This document shows positions 49,001-58,035 of a stretch of DNA of 64,000 nucleotides, one piece after another. A program made the translations under genes and the position numbers. The stretch lies in the NCBI GenBank assembly GCA_041690135.1, contig JAWLHY010000002.1, forward strand, positions 912,342 through 976,341, read 5' to 3'. Under the pieces are notes generated by a model. The model did not search any database. It was given only the letters and a program-made list of their open reading frames with translations, and was not told the DNA's origin. Positions within the stretch are counted from its first letter, which is position 1. Every line of letters begins with the position of its first letter. This stretch comes from Armatimonadota bacterium (GTDB taxonomy: Bacteria > Armatimonadota > SYMT01).

Positions 49001-52000
49001 CCAGCCCCCGTTGCCGAACTTCGGCAACCGGGTCCGGGCGCCTGTCGCCATTCGTCTCCTGGAAGTGCCGGTCGGCACCACGCCCACCCCCCAGGACGTG
49101 ATCAGCGGCACCTATCCTTACCGGGATGTGAGCCGCACTGCCGACGGTGCGCTCCTCCTGGAATACGGCGAGGATGTCCACATTCTGGTCGATTTCGGAG
49201 ACTTCCAGCTCGGGGATCTCCGAGACAACAGCGACAGCACGTACAATCCAAACGAACCGAATCCCCCGATGGGCGACGGTTTCTACCTGGACTCGCGGTT
49301 GCTTGACCCGCAGAACGTCGTACAGGCGCAGCTCCTCAGCAGTATCGGCGCCATCGGCCAGCTCGCGGCTCCTTCGCGCGGCGTGGGGGTCTACTGGAAT
49401 AGGGACACCGGTGGCAGGTGCTTTGCGCTCATCACCCTGAACACCGGTTTCCCTTCGGGCACTAACCCGCTTACCCCCGGCACTCCTGTGCTGCGGGAGA
49501 AGGCCGCGGGTCAGTTCCTGGCGAACGAGGCGCTCTACTACCTCCAGGTCACCCAATCCGGCGTTCAGTGGCTCTGGCCGCATTCGGACCCGAACGACGC
49601 GCAGGGTAACCCGTATCCCGCCGGGACGGTAACCCAGGGTCTATATCCCAGCTACACCAACGCCAACGCGGCTACGACATCCCCCACGAACTACACCCAG
49701 CCGGATCCCCGGCGGATCCATTACTGGACCATCGAGCCCAACCAGGGAGCGACCCGGTTCCCCAAAACTGCCGGTCCAGGCAACTGGACCTGGCTCGGGC
49801 AGTGGCGGGAATACGCGCCGCTGCTCAGCTACAACAACCCGCTGGTGCTGTTCTACGACCCCGTTCGGGACGACAGCACTCTGTCCCACGCGGGCAGCAT
49901 CCACGGGATGTACGATGGGAGCAATCCGATCAACGGCATCCCGCTGGAGCCCACGTCTCCCAGCCGGACCAATCCGAACACCCTGCAGTTCCGGAACCGG
50001 TTCACGTCCGCCACGGACCAGGGCCGCAAGAACGGGGACGTCTACGTGTCGGCCGTCGTGGACGGCGCTCGTTCGGGTGTCGGGCAGCCCCTGGTGCCTA
50101 CGGTCGGCGTAGGGGTCCTTGGAGGGGGCGTGGGAGGCGCGCAGGCGAAGCAGTTCCTGTTTGGTCAGCACGGGCGCACCACGCCCGACTCTGCTACGCT
50201 CGTACCGGACGTGGCCCGGTTGCGAGTAGGGGACCGCAGCTACCTCGGCACCAAGAGCCGCAACCTCACGGTCCGCGTCCAGCGCGCGCCGCTCACCAAG
50301 ATGGGCATCGGGGCGGCATTCGGCGGGGCCACCAATCCCGGCTACCCTTCGGGCGCCCCCATGGGCTCGCTGCAGCAGAACGTGAACATCTGGGACGACG
50401 GGCCGGACGGGCTCTACCCCAGCATCGCGGAATCCCGTCTGCTGGTGACCAAGACCGGAACCACCGTGGACCTGGCGAGCGGGGCGGTGGCCATTCCCGG
50501 TCGCGCGACCAACGGCGCCATGCCCGGGGTGAACGCACTGGAGTCGCTCACGGTGCAGGTGGATATTCCCAGCTACACCCCGGACGACGTCTACACCACC
50601 CGCTGGCGGACGGCGACCCCGCGCGGCTCCGCTCCTTGGGCCGCGGGAACGACGAACGGGAGCTTCCCCGGGGTGCCCGGTTCGCTCTTCAACCCGTTCT
50701 GGCCGGGGCAGTCGATCCTGGGTCTGGGTGCCACTTCGCTGTGGGATCGCTCCGAGGCGCGGGCCACTTCCCAGAATGCCCCCGCCGCGCCGGAGCCGGA
50801 TCCCCTCCCGCCCGGCACCCACGATCCGGCCCAGGACGACCGCCTGCGCCGCGTGGTGGTGTTTGTCGATGCGGACAACGACGGAAAGCTCGATCTCGAG
50901 CCGAACCGGCGCGAGGCCTACCGCACTTTCGCGGTTCAGGTCGTGGTTCAGCCGGACATGAAGCTGGAGACCCAGACGCCGGTGGTGGACTTCGGCAGCA
51001 TTCACCACGGCAAGAAGCAGCCGGGTCTCGGTGGCGGCGCGCTGGAGATCCGCGAATACCAGCGGATGAATCAGTTGCGCGACCCCGCCTCCCCGGCCCC
51101 CGACCGGGCCGTGGGCAACTTCTACAACCAGTGGTGGCGTAAGATCGTGCTGGTCAACAGCGGCAACGTCAACCTGGCTTACGTGAAGCCGGAGTTGATC
51201 TACCAGGAAATAGGTCAGCAGCCGAAGATCCGCGCGCTACCGGCTGAGGGTAACGACTGGTTCCGCGCCCTGCCGCTGGTTCAGGCCACGACGGCGTCGG
51301 CCCTGGCGGACCCGTTCCAGATCTTCCTGCGCACGTCCTTCGACGACCAGATGCTGCCCGACGCCAGCCTGGACTACGCCGCAGCCGATCGCGGCCTCTG
51401 GTTGCAGAAGGCTCCCGTCGGCGGTGGGCTTCCGGGCACCGTGGCCTACGCGGACAACATCATCGATTCCCGCTCCGGCGCGAAGGGCCAGGCGGTCTAC
51501 CGCGATCCGAGCCTCTCGGCCAACAACTGGCAGAACGGCCGCGAGCTCTGGATGTCGCTGAACCTGCCCACGGGCTCCGCATTGGGTCAATACAGCGGCA
51601 CGATGACCTACTACAACGACCGCATGGTGACCCTCCGGGCGGATATCGATCCCACGTCGACTGCCTCCGTCGTCGGCTACACCTACGGGGAGTTCACCGG
51701 CGGGCGGAGCGGCCTGCTCGAGCGACAGGTCGGCGGTGAGCCCGTCGAGCCGATGATCGACCCGCCGATTCAGCTCAAGGCCCGCGTTACGGAGACGTTG
51801 ATCCAGGGTCGCTACCAGTACACGGCGGCGGGCCCGATGAACCCCACGGGGACGCAGATTCCGGACCGTCCCGACCGGCGCATCATGCCCGCGGCCTCCC
51901 TGGCGGTCGATCCGTCTTCGAGCGAGACCCGCCTTCGGGTCGTCTACGCCAGCAACCGGGCGGGCATCGCCTCCACCCGGCCGCAGCCGCTGATGTATGA

Positions 52001-54050
52001 CCTCTGGGGAACGGAGTTGCTGTTCAACGCGACCCGCGGCCTCTTCCCCTACGATGAGCTTCCGGACGACCGCGCCCCTTGGAGCGCCTGGCCCGGGTTC
52101 ACCAACCCGACCACCGCGTTCAGCCTGTTCACCAACATGAACGGGTTCCTGACGGGCACGCCGCCCTCCGTGGGCGCCGTCACCAAGCCGAGCCTCGTCC
52201 ACGACCTGGACGGGAACGGCATCCTGGCGTGGACCGACAGACTCAGCACGCTCGGTGCGGCGGCGGGGCAGGGGACCAACGAGCGGTTCCGGATCGTCTA
52301 CCAGGGCGTGCACGGTAACCAGTTCGCCCCGATGATTCTGAACCCCGGCGGCCAGGTCCCGGACCCGCGCGTCGAGCGCAGCGGCGTCCGGATGGTGCCC
52401 ACCACCGGCTCACCCGCCGAATGGTTCGCGTTCTACGCGATGGGCAGCGGCCCCCGGCACGGCCTCGGCTTCACCTGGAGCCCGAATCCGGCCAACCCGA
52501 GCGGGGTGAACATGTGGCGGCCGGAGCACACGATTCCGACCTCCCGCTCCCTCTCGAGCATCCAGGACCCGCACGTCTTCCTCACGGAGATCGGGACCAC
52601 CGGTTCCGCCGTTCCCGAGATGGCGTGGACGGCGTATGCCGGAGCCAGCCAGCGGCGGGGTCTTACGGATGTCTACCTCAGTCGCTTCCGGCTCGCGGCC
52701 CTCCGCTCGCCCGGTCAGCGGGGTACGGTGGATCAGCTCGGGAAGTCGAACGACTACGGGATGACCTCCTTCCCACGGGTGAACGGCGCGGTATTGCAGG
52801 CCAACCCCAACCGCACCCTTTACTCGGCCGATGGAATCGATTGGATCACCAATCCCACCAACGACGTGAAGGTCTACCTGGTGCGTCCCGACAAGGCGAG
52901 CGGCGCCGGCAGCCCCGGCTCACCCCTACCGCTGCTCGGGACACCGCCGAACGACACCCTTTCGCCCACGGGAGAGCGGGTGGCGGGTCTCGATCCCGCC
53001 CTCATCGCGGCGGCGCCCGCGGCCTCGCGGCCCACGCTGCAGGCGGTGCGGATCATCGCGGACGCGGCGGCGGGCACCATCCGGTTCACGATCGACACCC
53101 GCATGCTGGCCCGGCTGCTGGTCGCCACGCCGGCGATGACTGCGGACTCTCCGGACCCGCTCATCCTGGCGGACTACACGCCGCAGACCCTCCGCCTGAC
53201 GCGTGGGGACGTCTCCGCCCACGATCCCGTGATCGTGCCGGTGCTTTCCGACGCCACCAACGGTCCGGTCTACGACGCCAGCTGGTTCCTCCAGCATCGG
53301 GACGGCACCAAGTGGAGCAACGAGCTACCTGTCGCCGGAATCGCGGACCGTCTCTGGGTCTTCTGGCGCCGCACGGCCGGAGCCGCGGCAGGTTCGCCGA
53401 GTTGCTACTACAAGGTGCTGCGGCCCGGCGTCCGGGTCCGTGCGGGCGCCATCCGCGGGATCACTTCCGCCGACCTGACCGTGACGCCCCGGCCGGAAGA
53501 GGTTAACCCGCAGACGGGACAGATCTACTTCCCGGCCAACATGGAAGGCCAGGTCGTTACGGTGGCCTACCGCACCCCGCAGGGAGCGGCCATCTCGGAG
53601 ACCCATCGGGTTAGCTGGCAGGACGAGACCGGCGAGCGCCCGGTACCGATGGAGGCCGCAGTCAACGAGGGGAGCCTGGATGCTTTCGCCAGCTACGAAA
53701 TGGCGGCCATGACGGCATTCGGCTCCACTTCCCTGACGCCGGTTCGCAAGATGGAGCGGGTCTGGCTGTTCTGGTCCAGCACCCGGGGGAGCGGAGGCGA
53801 CATCTACTCCGCCACGCTCGCTCCGCGCATCGGTCCGGAAGTCGCCATTACCGGGTCGGCCACGGCGTTCTACCCGTACAGCGCCTCCGCTCTCTCCACC
53901 ACCGGAAGCACGCGCGGCCCCGCGCCCCGCACGGCGGCGTTCGCCACCTACACCCGCCGGCGACCGTTCGTCCTGCCGCCGCTCGTCCGGCGAGGCCCCC
54001 TGGTGCCCGTCCGCACCCGTCCCGCCACGCGCCGGGCGGCGGGCGAGTAG
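46017..54050 (+). CDS. Giant secreted beta-rich protein (~2680 aa), putative PilY1-like tip adhesin
   Basis: Signal peptide VRA|V; PQQ-like blades (LYITTQDGQLICLNA..RWKW, VFVADDYGAFRAFDA, VIFASERGRLYVF); DxDxDG loops; function inferred from position. Confidence 0.65.
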   Translation: MHKRVVVVGTLVLASLAMMTAWPVRAVDFRSNRTDGIQYTGFSTNQQSSNQAYNIYDILSDPGAPSYGLYWKGGLRNDPLPLVDNREQDPELTWTDFVTRLGLSTPRPTFTPNVPQGWSPIVIDLDRTGAAADHFLVNVSLDVTNTNPDPLMDPREQVITAYWPETANGLGNLSSQMPPNRLEPLQDQINNRIWRIKTRELDPIQSVGGATGVVTQPPIYSFVDGEHLLYLVIGTGENNDPAKVVCLRIPPPIGSGQAPQVPDPADYGDIWDPNDPGSDGMVVWSYDVQARSGSGNIPVAGISFADFGDTQIPRPNLYITTQDGQLICLNARPVDQSNVNQDGDPRAGQERWKWLTPATNSPLAGFAYGMTPAVCRVPLSGAYPSDTLQNAVQEHHVDEWMVFVADDYGAFRAFDAGGEANNASNPTQYAPRLRWQDAAWQVDNTTTPPTYTQIRRRADTDNDGDVDANDEAERFKVPPVVYQGGTPMTNSSGVPVGAYDSGYDDEVIFASERGRLYVFKALGKLTVSSGASDGEPVFETANTPHLESGTVMRWQWPESDTSMAPASTVAEEPRVWPREHNARVTTPRDIVNVLGAEIPIDGNYYVRSALATSLGANANPNSGSPNLDLGDDLIFVPYLQDVTALEATLRPATLDATKRYFHEYVASLKPYPFVQAEYPIEDLVSARITWTDPATMAVRTVYVGNDTNVPAADQVQIDRVFRIGTVKSTGVTVTQATPAAGYNQNVTSLQDDTAYMVDQSFYYPPDNAEVFIPFGPAYNTQVELTYTYRDNSGTLQAARTDPPAPLPSCYRRDTTRPGYDRTVTANDFIVRGRASLSVNRARLQLQLVQTGTVHTEHPAQVDAVDFTTFDQRPPSMFAAGSANAGGLVLVPIWYRGRVIALNNRLQPLTALPGLHDTRYGAGNVLTSPFDGDPGPFVVLTNENFVDHPEWTDIGASVTEIDGWLYLTYRNGHTRAWSNQGGGAPGTDGPNTPIFTQPPLPNFGNRVRAPVAIRLLEVPVGTTPTPQDVISGTYPYRDVSRTADGALLLEYGEDVHILVDFGDFQLGDLRDNSDSTYNPNEPNPPMGDGFYLDSRLLDPQNVVQAQLLSSIGAIGQLAAPSRGVGVYWNRDTGGRCFALITLNTGFPSGTNPLTPGTPVLREKAAGQFLANEALYYLQVTQSGVQWLWPHSDPNDAQGNPYPAGTVTQGLYPSYTNANAATTSPTNYTQPDPRRIHYWTIEPNQGATRFPKTAGPGNWTWLGQWREYAPLLSYNNPLVLFYDPVRDDSTLSHAGSIHGMYDGSNPINGIPLEPTSPSRTNPNTLQFRNRFTSATDQGRKNGDVYVSAVVDGARSGVGQPLVPTVGVGVLGGGVGGAQAKQFLFGQHGRTTPDSATLVPDVARLRVGDRSYLGTKSRNLTVRVQRAPLTKMGIGAAFGGATNPGYPSGAPMGSLQQNVNIWDDGPDGLYPSIAESRLLVTKTGTTVDLASGAVAIPGRATNGAMPGVNALESLTVQVDIPSYTPDDVYTTRWRTATPRGSAPWAAGTTNGSFPGVPGSLFNPFWPGQSILGLGATSLWDRSEARATSQNAPAAPEPDPLPPGTHDPAQDDRLRRVVVFVDADNDGKLDLEPNRREAYRTFAVQVVVQPDMKLETQTPVVDFGSIHHGKKQPGLGGGALEIREYQRMNQLRDPASPAPDRAVGNFYNQWWRKIVLVNSGNVNLAYVKPELIYQEIGQQPKIRALPAEGNDWFRALPLVQATTASALADPFQIFLRTSFDDQMLPDASLDYAAADRGLWLQKAPVGGGLPGTVAYADNIIDSRSGAKGQAVYRDPSLSANNWQNGRELWMSLNLPTGSALGQYSGTMTYYNDRMVTLRADIDPTSTASVVGYTYGEFTGGRSGLLERQVGGEPVEPMIDPPIQLKARVTETLIQGRYQYTAAGPMNPTGTQIPDRPDRRIMPAASLAVDPSSSETRLRVVYASNRAGIASTRPQPLMYDLWGTELLFNATRGLFPYDELPDDRAPWSAWPGFTNPTTAFSLFTNMNGFLTGTPPSVGAVTKPSLVHDLDGNGILAWTDRLSTLGAAAGQGTNERFRIVYQGVHGNQFAPMILNPGGQVPDPRVERSGVRMVPTTGSPAEWFAFYAMGSGPRHGLGFTWSPNPANPSGVNMWRPEHTIPTSRSLSSIQDPHVFLTEIGTTGSAVPEMAWTAYAGASQRRGLTDVYLSRFRLAALRSPGQRGTVDQLGKSNDYGMTSFPRVNGAVLQANPNRTLYSADGIDWITNPTNDVKVYLVRPDKASGAGSPGSPLPLLGTPPNDTLSPTGERVAGLDPALIAAAPAASRPTLQAVRIIADAAAGTIRFTIDTRMLARLLVATPAMTADSPDPLILADYTPQTLRLTRGDVSAHDPVIVPVLSDATNGPVYDASWFLQHRDGTKWSNELPVAGIADRLWVFWRRTAGAAAGSPSCYYKVLRPGVRVRAGAIRGITSADLTVTPRPEEVNPQTGQIYFPANMEGQVVTVAYRTPQGAAISETHRVSWQDETGERPVPMEAAVNEGSLDAFASYEMAAMTAFGSTSLTPVRKMERVWLFWSSTRGSGGDIYSATLAPRIGPEVAITGSATAFYPYSASALSTTGSTRGPAPRTAAFATYTRRRPFVLPPLVRRGPLVPVRTRPATRRAAGE

Positions 54051-54059
54051 AAAGCGATG

Positions 54060-54105
54060 ATGACGTGAGAGGCTGCGGAACTCTACCCGCGTCCTCTCAC
54101 GTCAT
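54060..54105 (+). terminator. Hairpin after the giant gene
   Basis: atgacgtgagagg...cctctcacgtcat. Confidence 0.5.
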
Positions 54106-54242
54106 GACCTGTGGCCTGCGAACAGCTCAATTCGTTTTAACATTCGACATCTAAAACAGTTTGTCTCGGCATTCGTGCCAAATACCTTTCCAGGCTCCTG
54201 TGCCCCTAAGCAGGAGAAGTCAGCGTCGCCATTGAACTTTCA

Positions 54243-54272
54243 TTGACACCCCGGATAGCGCTCGGCTAGGAT
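54243..54272 (+). promoter_or_regulatory. Sigma70-type promoter for pilMNOP
   Basis: TTGACA-N18-TAGGAT, with an AT-rich tract upstream. Confidence 0.6.
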
Positions 54273-54398
54273 GGGCGTGCGGAATAGAGGGTTCACCCTC
54301 GTATCTGCTCCCACCCCACCCGCCAGACCCAGCGGTGCTGGCTGCATCCGGGCACTTCAGCTTCCCATCCGGTATTTGAACGCGCGGGATACCCAAAG

Positions 54399-56144
54399 AT
54401 GCCCTTAAAGAAATCAGGCGGCCCCGTGGTCGGCCTGGACATTGGTTCTTCCTTCATCAAGGCGTGCGAGATCGACTGCCGGGGCGGTCGCGCCAATCTC
54501 CGCGGCATCGCCGTGGAGCCGACCCCACAGGACGCCGTGGTCAATAGCGAGATCATGGATCCGGTGAGCCTGGGCAAGGCGATCAAAGCACTCTTCCAGA
54601 AGAACGGAATCAAGGGTCGCAAGGTGGTCACCAGTGTGGCCGGTCAGTCCTCCCTGGTCGTGCGCATCATCGAAGTTCCCAAGATGACCCGCGCCGAGCT
54701 CCAGGAAACGATGAAGTGGGAGATCGAGCGGCACGTGCCGTTCGCGGCCGAGCAGGTCGTGATGGACTATCAGCCCCTCGTCGCGCCCGAAGAAGTCCCC
54801 GAAGGCCAGAACATGGAAGTTCTGCTGGCCGTCGCGCAAGAGGGGCTCGTCATCCGGCACGTCGAGGCGATCCAGGCCGCCGGTCTTCAACCCATCGCCA
54901 TCGACATCGAACCGCTCGCCTGCTCGCGCGCCATTCTGGATATGGCCAACGGCTCCGGTCCCGGCGGCACCGTCGCCCTCATCGACATGGGCGCCAGCAC
55001 CACCGACGTCAGCATCTACAAAGACGGTCGCATCGCCTTTACGCGCTCCATCCAGTTGGCGGGCAACAACCTCACCAAGTCGATCAGCGACACGCTGCAG
55101 CGTCCGCTCGCCGAGGCGGAGCAGATCAAGCAGCAGATGGCGCGGATTCCGGAGATGGGCGGCGCTACCCAGCCGGACGACACTCCCTTCGGCGGAGGGG
55201 GCGGCCTCGACTTCGGCGGCGAGCTCGATTTCGGCATGGGTGGCGACCAGCAGGTCCTGGGTGGCACCTTCGGCATGGGTGCTTCCGCGGAACCGGGCGT
55301 CTCCACCGCCACCGATACCCACTCGGAGCCCCAGATCGATATCGCCGGCGGCGGCTTCAGCCCCGACCTTTTCACCAGTCCCGCTCCGCAGCCCGCGGGA
55401 GGCGAGCTTCCGTCGTTCGACGTCGCGCCGGAATCGGCGACCCCGGCGGCGGCACCCGCTGCCTCGCCGTTCGGCGGCGGGCCGCTCCTCAGCGGACCGG
55501 TTCCCGGTGGCAACCCGTTCGATCCGGAAGCAGGACTCCCCGGTCAGGCCGAACCCCCGGCTCCGGAAGGGCCCGCGGTGAATCCGTTCGGAGCCTCCCC
55601 GTTCGATTCTTCTCCCTTCGGTCCGACCCCCGGCGCCGATCCTTTTGCTCCCCTGGATCCGGGCGTGCCGACCTTTGGCGACCCCAACACTCCCATTGGC
55701 CCCGACGGCGGCTTTGGCGGCGGGGCTCCGGCCATGATGTCGGAAGAGGAGATGCTCCGCACGCAGGTGGCGGACGCCATCATGCCCGTTCTTGCGGAGT
55801 TGGTGACGGAAGTTCGGCGCTCGCTTGATTTTTATCGGAACCGCGCGAACGGCTTAGGCGCCCAACAAGTAATCATCACCGGAGGAACGGCCAAGTTGCC
55901 CGGGCTGGCCGACTATCTCACAGTAAACCTGGAAGTGCCGGTGACGGTTGGAAACCCATTGCAGTACCTTTCCACCGGGCCCAAGGCGGACCCCGGCTAC
56001 CTGCAAGATGTAGGCCCGGTATTCCCGGTCTCCGTCGGACTGGCCGCCAGGGAACTCCTTATGGACAGCGCTCCGGCCAAGCGTGCCAAGGCACCCAAGG
56101 CTCCGAAGCCTCCGAAGGCTCCGAAGCCCTCGAAGAACAAGTAG
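54399..56144 (+). CDS. pilM: Type IV pilus assembly protein PilM with a ~195-aa disordered insertion
   Basis: VGLDIGSSFIK, IDMGASTT, AGNNLT, EVRRSLDFY, ITGGTAKLPGL and VGLAAR. Confidence 0.93.
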   Translation: MPLKKSGGPVVGLDIGSSFIKACEIDCRGGRANLRGIAVEPTPQDAVVNSEIMDPVSLGKAIKALFQKNGIKGRKVVTSVAGQSSLVVRIIEVPKMTRAELQETMKWEIERHVPFAAEQVVMDYQPLVAPEEVPEGQNMEVLLAVAQEGLVIRHVEAIQAAGLQPIAIDIEPLACSRAILDMANGSGPGGTVALIDMGASTTDVSIYKDGRIAFTRSIQLAGNNLTKSISDTLQRPLAEAEQIKQQMARIPEMGGATQPDDTPFGGGGGLDFGGELDFGMGGDQQVLGGTFGMGASAEPGVSTATDTHSEPQIDIAGGGFSPDLFTSPAPQPAGGELPSFDVAPESATPAAAPAASPFGGGPLLSGPVPGGNPFDPEAGLPGQAEPPAPEGPAVNPFGASPFDSSPFGPTPGADPFAPLDPGVPTFGDPNTPIGPDGGFGGGAPAMMSEEEMLRTQVADAIMPVLAELVTEVRRSLDFYRNRANGLGAQQVIITGGTAKLPGLADYLTVNLEVPVTVGNPLQYLSTGPKADPGYLQDVGPVFPVSVGLAARELLMDSAPAKRAKAPKAPKPPKAPKPSKNK

Positions 56145-56151
56145 GTCTGCG

Positions 56152-57147
56152 ATGCTGAAGATCAATCTCTTACCTCCGTACATCCATCAGAAGAAGATGG
56201 TCAAGGTTGCCGCCGGAGTGGTGACCGTTCTTCTGGTCGGAGAGATCGTGGTGATGCTCGCCATGCGCGCGGGCCCGGAGGCGGAAAAGACCCAGCTGAC
56301 GAATCGGTTGAATGAGGTTCAGGCGGAGTTCGCGAAGTTGAACCCGCTCAAAACCGAGGCCGACACGATTCTGGCGGCCGAAGGTGGGATGGCGCCGAAG
56401 TTCGACTTCCTCACCGGGATGGACAAGTACAACACCGAGTATCCGGAACTTTACTCGCGCACCGCGGCGTACACCTACCGCGAAGCTACCATCCTGAATC
56501 TTAGCGCCAGCGCCAACCAGTTGCAGTTCGACGCCTACGTCTCGCGGCCGCGCGACGTCAGCCTGTTGATCCTCGGTCTCAGCCGCAGCAGCGACTTCAC
56601 GGGTCTTCCGCAGGTAACCGGCGTTCCCGGTTTCGACCCCGCAAAGGAAGCCGAGCGAGAGCAGGCGGCGAATGCGGCGCTTCCGGAAGCGACGGTGATC
56701 GGCGGGATGCAGCCTGGCATGGCGCCCGCGGGCGGCTATCCCGGTATGCCGGGAGGGGAGATGGCCGGCGGCTACCCGGGAATGCCCGGCGGCGGGAATG
56801 GTCCCGGAGGCGGCATGATGGGCGGCGCGCCCGAGATGCCTGGCGCCTCGAGCGCCATGATGGAAGGCGCCATGAGCGGCTACCCCGGTGCGGAAGGCGG
56901 GATGATGGGCGGCGGCGGTAAGGGCGATCTCAGCAAGCTGGGAATCGACCAGGCCGTGGCCAAGCCTCGCGGTTTTACCGTGTCCGTCACTTGCGCGCTG
57001 CGGACCACCATAACCCGGCCGAAATACGGCAGTTCCGACCAGCAGGCCGGAGCCGGCGGTGGGGGCGGCGGCTATCCCGGCATGTCCGGTGAGATGCCCG
57101 GTATGATGGGTGCACCCCCGATGGCGGGTGGGATGAACGGCCCGTAG
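56152..57147 (+). CDS. pilN: PilN-like protein
   Basis: KINLLP PilM-binding motif, TM helix, coiled coil; GMPG-rich inserts. Confidence 0.8.
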   Translation: MLKINLLPPYIHQKKMVKVAAGVVTVLLVGEIVVMLAMRAGPEAEKTQLTNRLNEVQAEFAKLNPLKTEADTILAAEGGMAPKFDFLTGMDKYNTEYPELYSRTAAYTYREATILNLSASANQLQFDAYVSRPRDVSLLILGLSRSSDFTGLPQVTGVPGFDPAKEAEREQAANAALPEATVIGGMQPGMAPAGGYPGMPGGEMAGGYPGMPGGGNGPGGGMMGGAPEMPGASSAMMEGAMSGYPGAEGGMMGGGGKGDLSKLGIDQAVAKPRGFTVSVTCALRTTITRPKYGSSDQQAGAGGGGGGYPGMSGEMPGMMGAPPMAGGMNGP

Positions 57148-57167
57148 GCCGGAGGAAGCAAGGACCC

Positions 57168-58013
57168 ATGAATGCGAGTAAGATAACGCAGGTCCACGTC
57201 TACATCTTCGGCTTCGTGGTGATGATCCTCGTAGGCGTCGGGATGTACTTCGGGATCTTGAAGCCGATGAAGGACGCCAACGTAGCCCTGGCCGCTCAAG
57301 TCCAGCAAGCGGAGTCGGCGACCGTATCGGTAGACAATCAGAATTTCAATTGGACCCAGGTCAAGCAGGCAGAGGAAAAGCTGGCGGCGGCCCGCGTCCG
57401 GCGCACGGGCAAAGAGCGCAAGCTGGCCTCCATGGAGGCCGGTAAGAAGCTTCCGCGCAGCCAGGAGATCAACCTCGGCGACGGCACGGACCAGACGGTT
57501 CTCCAGACGACGATGCCCCGGTGGCTCGAGTTGCCTCGCCGCGTAGTGACCACGATGGAACGGTTCGGCCAGGCGCGGGCTCGCCGTCGCGGCGTAACGC
57601 TGACCACCGCTTTCACCGCGCCCGCTCCCAGCACCCGCCCCGGAGACATTCCGCGCGATATCATCGCCTGGCGCCTGGGCGCGATGACGGTGACGGGCCG
57701 CTTCGAGCGCGTGATGCAGTGGGCTAAGGACTGGAACAGTGCACCTCTGGTGGTCTCCGTCGAAGACCTGAAGTGTTCACTGGCCGGCCGCGATGGCGAG
57801 GTGGAGGCGACCGCGAGCCTGGTCGTTTACATCTTCCCCACCGGTGAGGCCGTTCAGAGCCCCGGTGCCGCCCCTGCGGGCGGAGCCCAGGGTGGGATGC
57901 CTGGCATGCCCGGCGGGTACCCTGGTGGAATGCCCGGCATGGACTCCGGTATGCCCGAAGCTGGTGGAATGAACGGACCTGGCGCCGCGTTCTCTCCGCC
58001 TCCCCCGTCGTAG
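57168..58013 (+). CDS. PilO-like protein
   Basis: N-terminal TM helix, coiled coil, VTGRFERVMQW..PLVVSVEDL ferredoxin-like pattern; follows pilN. Confidence 0.7.
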   Translation: MNASKITQVHVYIFGFVVMILVGVGMYFGILKPMKDANVALAAQVQQAESATVSVDNQNFNWTQVKQAEEKLAAARVRRTGKERKLASMEAGKKLPRSQEINLGDGTDQTVLQTTMPRWLELPRRVVTTMERFGQARARRRGVTLTTAFTAPAPSTRPGDIPRDIIAWRLGAMTVTGRFERVMQWAKDWNSAPLVVSVEDLKCSLAGRDGEVEATASLVVYIFPTGEAVQSPGAAPAGGAQGGMPGMPGGYPGGMPGMDSGMPEAGGMNGPGAAFSPPPPS

Positions 58014-58035
58014 AAACAGCGAGGATTGTCCAGAT

